Assembly: GCF_006345805.1 (NCBI RefSeq) | Contig: NC_042998.1 | Span: forward strand, 5,270,001 to 5,334,000 | DNA length: 64,000 nucleotides | Direction of reading: 5' to 3' | DNA from: Octopus sinensis | Taxonomy: Eukaryota | Shown here: piece by piece, positions 25,231-38,571 of the stretch | How positions within the stretch are numbered: position 1 is the first letter of the stretch | Layout of the letters: every line of letters starts with the position of its first letter | Made by a program: the position numbers and the translations under genes | Notes under the pieces: generated by a model | The model's database searches: none | Told to the model about the DNA's origin: nothing | What the model saw: the letters and a program-made list of their open reading frames with translations, nothing else

Positions 25231-26453
25231 GTGTGTGTTTATGTGTCTGACAACCGATGGTGACGTGTCTGCGTCGCCGTAACTTCGCGGTTCGGTAAAA
25301 GAGATCGATAGAGTAAGTACTAGGTTTACAAAGGCGGTGCTCCAGCATGGCCGCAGTCAAAATAACTGAAACAAACAAAAGAATAAAAGAATATACATAT
25401 AACCACGCACATACACATATTTTCATGTAGGCTCAATTAAACATGTGCTCATAGAGACATCCAACTCACTTCTTCCTCCCTTTCTCTCTCTCTCTCTCTC
25501 TTTCTCTCTTTCTCTCTGTCTTCTACCATTTTCTTCCTCTTTGAAGGAGCCAACAATTTCCTGTTCTATCAATGAATCCGTAAGAATATTTGTGTGTATG
25601 TGTGTGTGTGTGTGTGTATTAGTATGCATGTCCCTGTGGTCATGCATGTGTGTGTGTGTATGTGTGTGTGTTTCTTTTTAATGATTCACTGTAATTGTTT
25701 TGCTCTTGAAACGATCATACAAAGTTATGCCAAATGATTTAGAAATAATAATTGAATACGGAATACAATATAATCATAATAAGTGCAAATAAAAACACTT
25801 AGAAATAATAATTAACAGAATGAAATTTGAAGTTAAAAGTATAAATAATGAAGAATGATTTTTATTTGTCGGTCTTCAAAATCATTTGCATGTTAACTAA
25901 GTTTGTTTCACAAGCAATTTTATTTGGTTAAGATTTAAAATAATAAACTGATCGCAAATAACATTACTATTCTTGTTATGAAATAGATTGAAAAAGTTGT
26001 TTAAATTAATGTTTTGTTTTTCCTTCATTCATTCTATAAGTTATTTTTATTTCTTTAAAACTGTAATAGAAAATTCCAGAAGAGTATTTAGTTTGCCAAC
26101 ATGCATTTAACTATCGCTACATGCCTAAAATAATGAGAAAATATTGGATTCTTTTGTAATTCTTCAACTTTTCCCCACTTCTTCCTTTCAAAAATATGCA
26201 GCAATTATTGTAAATTGACTACTCCCAAAATAGCTAGAGGGGCATACTGTTATATAGCGTTGTCCTAAAGACTAAGATCATAAAGATTTTTATTTCTAAT
26301 AAAAAAAGAAAAAGTGGAACAATGCATCGAAAGTCTTTGTGTTATGTTTATGCCTCACCATCAGGAATTCCAATTCTGTAAAATACAAAAACAGAATGGG
26401 AGAAAATTCAAGGGGGTTGACGTTTTGAGGGGAAGGATTTGTAAAGTCTTTGT

Positions 26454-26495
<42 letters not shown>

Positions 26496-26685
26496 AAAAT
26501 TATGAGAATAGAAGGGTCAAATAATAAATATGAAATGGTTTAATCAAAGTAACACATAGGTACTAACTCATAGGACCACCATCATTTGTAGTAGAGATAT
26601 CTGAAAGGAGAATAAAGTGTATAAATATGCAAGCGTTATTAGCAAATGAGCATTTGTTTATGAATTCGGTGGGTTAGTACTTTAT

Positions 26686-26962
26686 TTTTTTATGTACCCT
26701 TTTCAAGCCTAGCGAGGTTCATGGGCCTGGTTTCCCAGTTTCTATGACTTATGGAACGCCAGTCCACCGCAGCATTACTCAAGAAACAGGAAGAAAGAGT
26801 GAGAGAAAGTTGAGGCGGAAGAATACAACAGGGGTCTCCACCACCCCCTGCCAGAGCCTCGTGGAGCTTTAGGTGCTTTCGCTCAAAAAAACACACACAA
26901 CGCCCGGTCTGGAAATCGAAACCGCGAGTCCACTGCCCTAACCACTGAGCCATTGCACCTCC
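26686..26962 (-). mobile_element. tRNA-derived SINE family B with V-domain-like 3' module, 13-bp TSD
   Basis: Head ggaggtgcaatggctcagtggttagggcag; 3' module gcggtggactggcgttccat..agaaactgggaaacc; TSD gttagtactttat 26673-26685 / gttactactttat 26963-26975. Confidence 0.8.
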
Positions 26963-27938
26963 GTTACTACTTTATGCACACTAGAAATTTCAGCTAGATG
27001 TGACTGGTTATTAGTGGAACAGTTAATACTAGTATTTCGCTGGTTATTTTGATATTCTAAGGATGACATTTGGAGTTGTTACCCTCCCAAACCTGTGAAC
27101 AGAAAATACCAACATTTATCAAGAAGCATTGTCTAATTCTACAAGCCATTTCATAATCACAATATACATCCGAGTTCATAGATGTATGACAATTACCTTG
27201 GTTACCATTAAAACAAAAAAAAAACCATCAAATCACATGAAGTCACACAACTGAATCAAAGGAAAACATAGACTACATGAATTTAAAGAGAAATATAGAA
27301 TGCGAAAGTTCACCGTTGGACGACGCATCCCTTTTCATATCAAATGTTATTGATCTAATTCATTAATATTACTGTGTTAACATAATGCTATACATGCGTT
27401 CTTTCGATCTTATTACAAAACTGAGTGAAATGGAACAACATGAGTAAAATGCTTTGCTCGAGGACACAACGTTCCGCCTGAAACTGAAATCGAACCCGCA
27501 GTTTTATTATTTAAAAACCACTAGGCCATACGCCTTTATTACAGACTATGCATTTCACACTAAATTCAGTTGAGACATTTTCTTTTTAAATCAGACATCT
27601 GTATGTATGACGTGGTCAAATTGTTGCATAGCAATTACAGAACACCAATTCAAATTCTAAATTTATAGAACCAGCTAAAGCTATAAGTAAATATTTCTTC
27701 ACGAATACTTACACAACATTTAAGTCATAAAACAGAATTTTCATTTTTCTCATCACTAAACTTCGGTTCTTACATATTAGCGTAAAAATATAACAGTGCA
27801 AAACATTTGCCATGGCTTTCAAAGCAATCTTTCTCCATTACATCTGTTGCAGCAGGAAAACGACTCAGTGGATGACCACTTACTATGCTTAATTTACTCC
27901 CACCTCCCCGATTTCACTTTATTATTTTTTATCCTCTA

Positions 27939-28157
27939 AAGGCGGCGCGCCGGCAGAATCGTTAGCACGCCGGGCGAAAATGTTTAGCGGTATTTCGTCT
28001 GCCACTAAGTTCTGAGTTCAAATTCAGCTGCGGTCGACTTTGCCTTTCAATATTTCGGGGTCGATAAATTAAGTACCAGTTGAGTACTGGGGTCGATGTA
28101 ATCGAGTAGTCCTCTCCCCTAAATTTCAAGCCTTGTGCTTATAATAGAAGAGGCTAT
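27939..28157 (+). mobile_element. SINE family A
   Basis: aaggcggcgcgccggcagaatcgttagcacgccgggcg...ggggtcgataaattaagtaccag. Confidence 0.85.
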
Positions 28158-28164
28158 TTTTCAT

Positions 28165-28384
28165 CCTTTAGTTGATTCAGTCATTATACAGCAGCCATGC
28201 AGGGGCACCGTCTTGAAGAATTTTGTAGTCGGACAAATCGACCCTAGTTATTGCTTTTAAGCTTGGTATTTATGTCATCGGTCTCTTTGCCGTACCGCTA
28301 AGTTACTGGGAGATAAACAAACCATCACCGGTTATCAAGTGGTGGTGGAGACACGCACAGACACAGTGACACACACACACAATA

Positions 28385-28442
<58 letters not shown>

Positions 28443-28608
28443 ATATATATACAATGGGCTTCTTTCAGTTTCCGTCAACCAAATCCACTCACACGGCTTT
28501 GGTCGGCCCGAGGTCATAGTATAAGTAACTTGCCCAAGGTTCCACGCAGTGGGGCCGAACCCGGAACCATGTGGTTGGGAAGCTGACTACTTACCGCATA
28601 GCTATACC
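28165..28608 (-). mobile_element. SINE family C (CORE-like) with internal microsatellite
   Basis: Reverse complement of the 44769 family (ccttgggcaagt, ggccgaccaaagcc, ggaaactgaaagaagccc). Confidence 0.8.
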
Positions 28609-29559
28609 TCAAGAAGTTTTCAGAACGTCTCTGGCTGGGCTGGGCTGGGCTGGAACCACCAACGTTTCGGTTAGCATCCGAACACGCTGACCGATTGCGT
28701 CACAGAGACGTTGTTTACTTTGTTTCTCAAATTAACAGAGCTAGGTTTACTTCAACCACCATTACTACTTGCTTCATCGTTATACCTCTGAGACGTTTCG
28801 GAAATGACTTACTTATGAAAAAAAAAAAACATAATTACCAAAGAAAACTGTGAAACTGTTAAGTCCACTTTTCATACAAAAGTAAGACATTTGGAACAGA
28901 ACAGTGTTAACATTTCGATCTATAGAGCTACAGAGAAATATCGAACTTGAACATTTGTAATGAGGGGACCATTTGTGTGTGTGTGTGTGTGTGTATGTGT
29001 CTGTGTGTATGTGTGTGTGTGTGCTTGTGCGTATGTGTGTGTGTGTAATTGTGCGTGTGTATATATGGGTGAGAAAACAATAAAAAGGATTTCAAACTTG
29101 AACAATCAACATTTACAAAGCGTTACATGGATATATATTTGTTAATATTACCTGAAAATTATGTCGATTTGCTTGGACAGTGCAACCTTTCTTCATCATT
29201 TGCTTCAAAGGGTTAGAAAAATATCGGAAGACGAAACCGGGACACTCCACTAAGTAACCATTACTTTCAACTCATACATACATGTGCACACTTATACCCA
29301 TCCACGCGCACACTGACATACACACACCCACACATGCATACATACATACATACATACACACATACAAGCACATACAAACACACACGCACATTGTGCACTG
29401 AAATCGAGAACACTAAAAACTGACAAACGTTTTTCATGTCTGCCCATTTCAGAATTGCTTTAAGTATATTATTCTTTAATCATAGCTTCCAGTAAAGGCT
29501 CGTACATGCGCATTCATACATGCACACATACATGCATGCACATACAGACACACAGATAC

Positions 29560-29590
29560 AGGAATGTATGTATATGTATGCATGTATGTG

Positions 29591-29656
<66 letters not shown>

Positions 29657-29746
29657 TTATATATACTTATATACATATATATATATATACTTATATACAT
29701 ATATATATATATACATATATTTATATACATATATATATATATATAC

Positions 29747-29777
<31 letters not shown>

Positions 29778-29852
29778 ATATATATAATATATATATATAT
29801 ATATTATATATATATATAATATATATATATATATACATATATATATACATAT
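29560..29852. repeat. Long (TA)n-rich microsatellite
   Basis: Direct reading. Confidence 0.95.
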
Positions 29853-30959
29853 AAACCCAAATTATTTTTTCATGTCTACCCATTTTAGAATTCCATTAAG
29901 TATCATTTTCAACTGAAGTTGTTTAATATAATAAAATGAAGAAACAGAAGAAGATGATGAGATAGATGAGGAGGAAGAGGAGGATTTTTCAGTAAATTAA
30001 AAAGTATTATATGTGCTTAATGTCCAAATGATATGCTGATAACACTCTTTCTGCAAATTAATCCTAAGCCACAGACAAATATTGTCATATTAAAAAGTAA
30101 ATTATAGCCTGCTGTCACAATCTACGCCACATAAATTCTCACATGCCTACCTACACACATTTCAACAAATAAAAAGTTACACACGCACATAGACACATAC
30201 TACCATATCACGAATGCCAATTTAATGGTGAACCTAGCATACTCTTGGCCAATTAACACATTGACTGTACTGTGATGATGACTGAAAGAAAACGTTTTGC
30301 CAAAGAAAATCCTGAACATTGACAATAAAACTTTCAGATCGTTATTTGAACATATCGACGAAAATTAGTCCTGACTTTTAGTGAGAGAAAATATAACAAC
30401 ACTGCCAATTTTGTACTTCGTTTGAAAGTTGATTAGAGATAATTGTTTTATTTTCTTCCTTATTCATTTATTTGTGTTTTACTTTAAAAAGGCAATAAGG
30501 CAGCTCAATCTCAATGGTAATAAAATATCTTCAATACACAATAAGGGCTATGAAGTTAGATAGAATATTAGACAGTAGAATGGACGGTTAAATATCCCTA
30601 AGTATATTATGTTCGAACTTTGCCTTATATAAATAACTGCCTATATTCCAGAGTTGATTAGCTTCACAAGTAGTCCTTCGAATTGCAAAGCTAGTATAGA
30701 AGTTTTTAAATGGAAAAATAAATTAATATCTACCAATTTTGTATCAAATATATTGATTAGGTTTTAACTAATTAAAAATAATCAGTGTATTCATTTCTAA
30801 ATTGCTAGATGCTAAGCTATTTTCCCCCTGTGGAAACATTTTTCTTTAGGGCAGAAATATAACAGAGGATTAAATAATCTAAGTATCAATGGAAAATAGG
30901 TACTAGCTATGTGTGGGACCCATAAATCATTGCACCATTGTGGTATTAATTAAAACTGA

Positions 30960-31240
30960 CACGCCGTCTGTTTACGACGAGTGTTCCAGTTGATCCGATC
31001 AACGGAACAGCCTGCTCATGAAATTAGCGTGTAAGTGGTTGAGTATCCCACAAGTGCAGGCACTCTTAACGTAGTTCTCAGAGAGATTCAGCATCACACA
31101 GAATATGACAAGGCTGAGTCAACTGGAGTACGTGACATAAAAAGTCCTCCCCAATGGCACAACGTGCCGTCAGGTATCAACCCCACGGCCTTACGAGTGT
31201 GAGCTGAATACCCCCAACCACAGAGCCACGCGCCTTCACA
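30960..31240 (-). mobile_element. tRNA-derived SINE family D
   Basis: Minus-strand head gaaggcgcgtggctctgtggttgg; body shared with 8815-8983. Confidence 0.7.
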
Positions 31241-31442
31241 CCGCTTAAAGCTTTTTTTTATATATATAATATATGCTGCTGTGTTTATGTCAGTTTAACA
31301 AAGCGACTTCTTTTACAAATATATTAAGTATTCTATATCAAGAGTCTGTTCATTTCAGTTAGTTAATAATTACGCATTTTTTATGGAGCAGATTTATATT
31401 GAAACACCAGCCACTTTATCTATTTATTACTTATCATTTAAA

Positions 31443-32035
31443 TACCTTGGGCACTTGGGCTAATGTCTTCTACTATAGCCTTGAGCTGACTAATGCCTTA
31501 TGAGTGGATTTCGTAGGAGGAAACTAAAAAAAGCCCGACATCTGCATGGGGTGGATGCAGATGTCTTTAAAATAAAACTGGATCTCTTCTTGTCAGGTGT
31601 CCCAGATGAACCAACTTCACGGCAGGAGATGCAGTTGAGGGCAGCTGCATCGAATTCTCTCATGCACCAAATGGCAATTGCTAAAAAGCATTCGTGAAGT
31701 AAAATCATGTAGCAACACCAAATGGCAGTGCCCCAGCATGGCCACAGCTCGTGAGCTGAAACTAGATATAGATAAAGATAAATATATATGTATAAACATA
31801 TATGTGTGTGTGTGTGTGTGTGCGTGCGCGCGTGTGTGTATGATTGTGTGTCTGTGTTTGTCCTCTCACCATCGACTGACAACCGATGTTGGTGTGTTTA
31901 CGTTCCCGTAACTCAGTGATTTGGCAAAAAAGACTGATAGAATAAGTACTAGGCATACAAAGAATAAATCCTGGTGTCGATTTGTTCGACAAAAGGCACT
32001 GCACCAGCATGGCCGCAGTCAAATGACTGAAAAAA
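31443..32035 (+). mobile_element. SINE family C hosting a LINE 3' insertion
   Basis: ccttgggca..gtcttctactatagcc..gagtggattt..aagcccg at 31443-31537, resuming after a microsatellite with gacaaccgatgttggtgtg..cagcatggccgcagtcaaatgactga. Confidence 0.75.
31538..31765 (+). mobile_element. CR1/L2-group LINE 3' end
   Basis: LHGVDADVFKIKLDLFLSGVPDEPT...RAAASNSLMHQ* (FKxxLDxFL..PD.P C-terminal motif), then 3' UTR ggcagtgccccagcatggccacagctcgtgagctgaaact. Confidence 0.8.
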
Positions 32036-32116
32036 AATCTGTTGCTATGAGCACAACAATTTTTAAGTGGTTGCTCGTAATCCATGGATTTTTCAGCAGG
32101 AAACTTCAATCCAAAG

Positions 32117-32298
32117 CAGTGCTCCGCTACATTTTCCCACTTGCGGTACACTTATATTGTTTTCAAAATTCTGTGGCACAGCTTGACTAGAAATATAACT
32201 AAAAGTATAAGGAAAAAATTACATTCGGGCTACACTGAGCGCACATAGCTTTATCGTGACACACCAGTATACCGAGGCATACCGTTTGCGCTGCACTG
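32117..32298. mobile_element. hAT (Charlie-like) MITE
   Basis: Ends cagtgctccgc / gcgctgcactg with subterminal gcggtacac / gtgacacac / gaggcatac motifs; flanks atccaaag / atcttaac are a weak 8-bp TSD. Confidence 0.55.
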
Positions 32299-32957
32299 AT
32301 CTTAACTACTCATCTACTTTTCTTTCCCTTCTTCTCACCTCTTTTTTCTCTCCAATAAAACAAATAAAGTATTGTAAGAAGAATGTTCTAAAGATAACTT
32401 CTTTTTTTATTTTGAAATCAGAATGTAAATAATTAATCATTTTTATATATCATATGAATGTATAGCAGGTGATTAAGAAATAATTAAAAGTAAAACAAAT
32501 GATATAAATTATTAATTCAAAGAATTTAGAATATATATGTATGACGATTTAAAAAATTTTATATTCATTGATTGTGGTCCCACCTGCTTAGAAAGACAGC
32601 TCACACCAACTAACAGGATTATAGATCTACTAGTTGACCTGACCGCGTGCCATCAATAATGACAGGTAATTGTAGTATTTTATATATAAATAAGATACAA
32701 AATAAAGTACATAATAATCATACATACAAATATTCACATACTTCCCTTGTACACGGACACATACACACATATACTCATACAGAGTTGAAACGCTGATTTT
32801 GTCACCCCCTTCCTTCCTTATTCATCTAACACCCCTTCCTTTCTCTCATAGTTATTACTTACTCTCACTCATATTCAGTCAGGGCTATTACTCTCACTAC
32901 TTTTCCTTCACTGAATTACTATCTTCTCTCCTCCTCCGCGCCCGGCGCGATTCTGGA

Positions 32958-33017
<60 letters not shown>

Positions 33018-33371
33018 CAAATATGTAAAACCACTACGCTCATTATTATATTATATATATTAAGAGATTAACTGGACTGGGTATCTATTGATGGAAGTTT
33101 TTAAGTTGGAAGTTCAAAACTACAAAAGAATCGAGTTACTTGTATTGGATATATTTTAAGAACTTATTTAGTAAAACTTAGGCGCTGAAATGTAAACTTC
33201 TGATTAGCCAGATTTGAATAAATATGAATTAATCATCAGATACATTACAATATACTTTATGGTTGTTTATCAATAAAGCAATCTTGAATCCTCATTCTTG
33301 CTGTGAGAATAACTCTTGGGCCAGCAACAAAGATTATGCGTAGTTGTTCGACTGCTTATTAGAAATAGAGA

Positions 33372-34458
33372 AGGCAGTAAGCTAGAAGAATCGTTAGCAC
33401 CCGGGGAAATGCTTGGTAGCATTTCGTCAGCCTTTACGTTCTGAGTTCAAATTCTGCAGAGGTTGGCTTTGCTTTTCATCCTTTCAGGTTCGATGAAATA
33501 AGTACCAGTTACACACTGAGGTTGATGTGATCGACTAGTCCCCTCCTCCAAAGTTTCAGGCCTTGTGCCTATAGTAGAAAAGATTATTAAAAATAGCAAA
33601 GGTGGCGAGCAGGCGGAATCGTTAGCATGCCGGTAAAAATACTTAACAAAATTTTGTCCTTCCTTACATTTGGACGTCGAATTCCAGCGAGGTCGACTTT
33701 CCCTTTCATCATTTCGGAGCCGATAAAATAAGTATCAGTTGAGTTCTGGGGTCAATATAATCGCCTAACACACTCCCTAAAAATTGAAGCACTTATTAAA
33801 AGTAGAGCAAGCGGTGAGATGGTAGAATCGTTACCATGCCGGACAAAATTATTAGCGGCATTTCGTCCCTCGTTACGTTCTGAGTTCAACTTTGACTTTT
33901 GCTTTCACAACCGATAAAATAATCCCAGTTACGCACTGGAGTCGATGTAATCGACTATATCCCCCTCCTAATTTCTAGAACTTGTACCTCTAGTAGAAAG
34001 GATTATTTAAAATAGCGGGAAGACGGCGGGCCGGTAGAATCATTAGATCGTCGGAAATACTTTAAAATATTGCTCTTTAGCGAGGTCAACTTTGTATTTT
34101 ATCCTTTTGGTTTCGTAAAATAAAATACGAATCAATTACTGGTCAGTATTAGCTCTTTAGGCCCTTAACACCGGTTTACCGTTGGGTGGCTTATGTTTCT
34201 CTATACCGTAGCACCAGTGGAGTGCCCGGTATATGGTAAAATAAGGTTCAGGAGGTCAGTAGGGCTCAGGGTTAAGTTAAGGCAGAGAGCAAAAAGTTTA
34301 GCAGCAAGTCGTCTGCTTTTATGTTCTGAGTTCCGTCCAAATCCGTCGAGGTTGACTTTGCCTTTCTATTTCTTGAGATTGATAAAATAAGTACAAGTAT
34401 TCAACCTATCCCTTCCCCCGAAATTGCTGGCCTTGTGCCAAAATGTTAAACCTATTAT
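33372..34458 (+). mobile_element. Head-to-tail cluster of ~5 diverged SINE family A copies
   Basis: Heads at ~33372, 33600, 33810 and 34021, plus a headless copy at ~34290; each has a variant of the ctttcatcctttc..gtcgataaaataagtaccag core. Confidence 0.8.
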
Positions 34459-35189
34459 ATAGATTTTAAGTGCCTCATCTCGAAATTATTTGCTTTCTGC
34501 CGGAGGAGAAAGCATTATATGTATTCGGAAACGATTTGCTTAAATTATTGACCAAGTTTAATGGCGTATTTTTCTAGAGAAGACTGGCAACGATTGCAGT
34601 TTATCACATTAGAGTTAGTTTCAATTTTCAATGCTTATACTCCATTAATATTTTCTCCACTTTTTGTTGAAGTCCACAGGGATCTGTGAGACCAAAAATG
34701 TGAACATTAATTGAACCCAATCTTTTTTTCTACCAGTATGTGTATGTTTCACGCGGAGGCAATCTTTCTTTTTTCGGCACCTAATAGAACAGAAGTAACG
34801 TTTTGGGTCAACGCCAGTTTCTGTAATCAGCAGACAAATTTCGTTGTCTGACGTACAATCGAATTGTCATATTTTTTGTTCTTTGTGATTATATCGACAG
34901 TCTAAATATTGAACGTTACGGTTGGCTTCTAAGTACAATCTATTAAAACACAAGACAATCAAATTAAAACAATGGCATTTGATATTTTTTTGTAAATACA
35001 TAGGGTGACAAAAGAATGCAAGACTACACGCCGAATAGGTATTTTATAACCTCCGGTATTCTATGTAATTTCATTTCTTTTTTCTTTCTATGTAAAGTAT
35101 AGTCTTAATGTTTTATTCTTGTTTCACCATTCAATAAGTTGAATAAGCAATCGTTGAGCTTAAGAAAACTTTATTGTAATATCTAGAAA

Positions 35190-35216
35190 TATATATATAT
35201 ATATATTATATATATA

Positions 35217-35259
<43 letters not shown>

Positions 35260-35577
35260 CATATATACATATATATATACATATATATATATATATACAT
35301 ATATATAGACATATATATAGACATATATATATATGTACATACATATATATATAGATACATATATATACATACATATATATATACATACATATATATATAT
35401 GCATACATATATATATCTACACACATACATATATACATACATACATATATATATATACATACATACATATATACATATATATATACATACATATACATAT
35501 ATATATATATACATATATATATTCATACATATACATATACATATATATATACATACATCTACATATATATATATATA
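35190..35577. repeat. (TA)n/(TACA)n microsatellite
   Basis: Direct reading. Confidence 0.95.
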
Positions 35578-35952
35578 CGAAAGAAGGTTTGAAAATGCAA
35601 TTTAAAAGATGTTTATTTACTTAACCGGTTTCACTCTTTGGAAAAAGATTGTCAAAACTAACATAGAATATTATGAATTCAAAATAGGTTTTTACATAAT
35701 TTCCACATTGAATATTATGAATTCAAAATTTTTTTTTACATAATTGCCACATTACATGTATATATATAGTCTTTGGTAACAGGGACATATTAAGGGCATA
35801 AAGAAATTCAACAGTGTGATGAGAATATTTGAAAAAAAGGGGCAGAAAAGAATATATTCTATGTTACGTTTGACAATCTTTTTCCAAAGAGTGAAACCGG
35901 TTAAGTAAATAAACATCTTTTAAATTGCATTTTCAAACCTTCTTTCGTATAT
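35572..35952. repeat. Inverted repeat (~100-bp arms, ~180-bp spacer) between TA tracts
   Basis: 35572-35671 vs 35854-35952; right arm has TTGACAA-TCTTT-ttcc-AAAGA-GT-GAAA-CCGG-TT (degenerate hammerhead-like core); internal 44-bp tandem duplication at 35666-35753. Confidence 0.9.
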
Positions 35953-35988
35953 AATTCCACTCGTGCGATACCACACAACTCAACTTTG

Positions 35989-36087
<99 letters not shown>

Positions 36088-36471
36088 CCATTTCGCTCTT
36101 TTAGTACATGTCTGTGTGTATGTGTGTCTGTGTGCGTGCGTATGTATTCGTGTGTGTGTCAGTATGAATACAGATAGATAGTCATATCAACATATACACA
36201 TATATGCAAATATATATTTATACATTTATACACTTACACATACACACTCATACACGCGTGCGCGCGTGTGTGTGTACTGTCTTCTATATAATCAAATATG
36301 CGTCATATAAAATTAGGAATTCATTTTATATAAATAACATAGATACAAAAAAACAGAAATATATACCGCTGTGCAATTACTTGGAGAATTTTTAGGGCAA
36401 TGCAATAAAAATCCTTCAAGTCATCATTGGATGCGTTATTATCACGTGACAGTGAACGATATTTGGTCTCA

Positions 36472-36624
36472 CTATACGCTCCGTTCTGAGCTCAAATTCT
36501 ACCGAGATTGAAGTTGCCTTTTATCCTTTCGTGGTCGATAAAATTAGTACCAGTTGAACATTAGAGTCGTTGTAATCGATTTACCTCCCCCTCAAATTTT
36601 CTTTGCTAAAATGTGAACCCAATA
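36472..36624 (+). mobile_element. SINE family A, 5'-truncated
   Basis: cgttctgagctcaaattctaccgag..tttatcctttcgtggtcgataaaattagtaccag. Confidence 0.75.
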
Positions 36625-37583
36625 TAAGATATACTCAAACATCAGCTATGACAGACACTAGAAATTTTATTCCTCAGATTAAAAGACTGATATGAGAATA
36701 TAGCATATTATGTATAATAGGGGTTTAGGTTGGAAAAGGAGATAAGGGACCGCGTTTATTATATATACTTGCCTTTAAATAAAATTGCAAGCTGGGCATG
36801 TGCAAGAGATGAAGCTTAGAGAGTGGATGACTGAGCCAATAAGGCTAATGCCGCTGATGTTAGCATTATATTAGGAGAAAGCCTCGTTGAGTTACGGAGG
36901 GCTAAGATGTTCAAACTAGAGTCAAGCATGAAGAATATGATTTATAAAAAAGAATATGGTGAAAATTTTTTGGAAGTTTCCACAATTAAAGGAGAGTTAT
37001 GTTTCTCTGCTACTGGATTTTTCACTTCATATTTTCAACAGTGCAGCCAGATATTACGAAAAGTTGTATATTTGTGTCAACCACACGATTCACACTGAAC
37101 AAAGATGTATGTATAATATCTGTTGCTAGTGTACATTTTATGTTTCTTAGATTCGGATTTTTCCCATAGAGTTAATGCTATTAAAGTTACCGTTTGACAG
37201 TTCTTATATCTATGTCCCTGCTGGACATTTGTCGTTATAAACTTTTCTTTGCTTATACCACAATTTTATCTCCATAAATTTGTTTGTCTTTCACAAATAC
37301 TACAAACACATATTTTCAAATGATACTCTTGCAAAAAATAAGCATTTCAAATAATAAAATACTGCTTGTCGGAGCCAGTGATAAAGAGATAAAAATCACC
37401 AGTTCGCACAACTTATTGCTGCTCTGATTATAATTTTCTTCTTTCCTTCTCCTTCTCTCTACTTTCTTTCCTTTCGTCCTCTCACGTTCTTTAATCCTGT
37501 GTCTTCTCATCGTGATACCCTTTTAGAAAAATACTGTTTTGTCGGGGGTCAAATAACGGAGTTATTAACACACCCCCACTGAC

Positions 37584-37817
37584 AAGGCGGCGAACTGGCA
37601 GAAACGTTAGCACGCCGGGCGAAATGCTTAGCTGTATTTCGTCTGTCGCTACGTTCTGAGTTCAAATTCCGCCGCGGTCGACTTTGCCTTTCATCCTTTC
37701 GGGGTCGATAATTAAGTACCAGTTACGCACTGGGGTCGATGTAATCGACTTAATCCGTTTGTCTGTCATTGTTTGTCCCCTCTATGTTTATCCCCTTGTG
37801 GGTAATAAAGAAATAGC
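37584..37817 (+). mobile_element. SINE family A, full length, ~21-bp TSD
   Basis: Complete head-core-tail; TSD tattaacacacccccactgaca (37563-37584) / tattaacatacccaactgaca (37818-37838). Confidence 0.9.
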
Positions 37818-38527
37818 TATTAACATACCCAACTGACAGCTCTGAGTGAACAAAAGAATGAATAAATGTTCCAGTCATGACCACCCTATTTGTGTATCTA
37901 GGACTATATACATAAGACTATGCATATTCATATGACAACAGAATGTAATTTGAGAAAACTAAGCTTTAGTGATGTCTCATGGTATATAAGATTTTTTCTC
38001 ATATTTCATGAGCATTTCTGCTGACAGCCATGTCTTTTGAACAATTTCCCTATATATCTCAGTTCCAAATATTGCAATCTGTGTTTGCATTTTAGTTTTT
38101 CACTATCCTCTATGTACCCACCACTAACGCAGTGAGTATCGCTTTTTTGCGATTTCCAAGTGGTTCTTACTCTAACATCTACAACAAAGATCTGGCATGG
38201 ACTTGTGACCTTCGTAGGTTATTAGGACTTGTAAGTTACTCTTGACCTCACCTGACCTATGTGATCTATAATCTTTTAATCTTTTCTGCACTTACCACCC
38301 AGCCATACGTCAGTAAAAAGAACTTACAACCCACCATGGATCAACGTTGTTTCTGGGTTATCCGTTTGTCACCACTCTTGTAGCACTCTCTGAAACCGGA
38401 AGTAGATGTGAATAAGGGAACTACGACAGACTATTCGAGACTCTCTTTCGGGTGGGACCATACTCCTGAAGATTAAAACAAACCTTACCATAAAATTTAA
38501 CCTTCTCTCAATCACTGTTACGTGCGT

Positions 38528-38571
<44 letters not shown>

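Larger units (their letters stand above)
24274..25390 (+). mobile_element. SINE family C (CORE-like) disrupted by the hammerhead element
   Basis: Head ggattggctgtgtggtaagtaacttgcttaccagccacatggttc at 24274-24329 and tail gacaaccgat...ggcggtgctccagcatggccgcagtc..actgaaac at 25210-25390; the middle of the SINE is replaced. Confidence 0.75.

Noticed and set aside
33372-34458. Regularly spaced repeats as a possible CRISPR-like array
   Set aside because: Units are ~215-bp diverged SINE copies in eukaryotic DNA; no repeat-spacer structure or cas genes.
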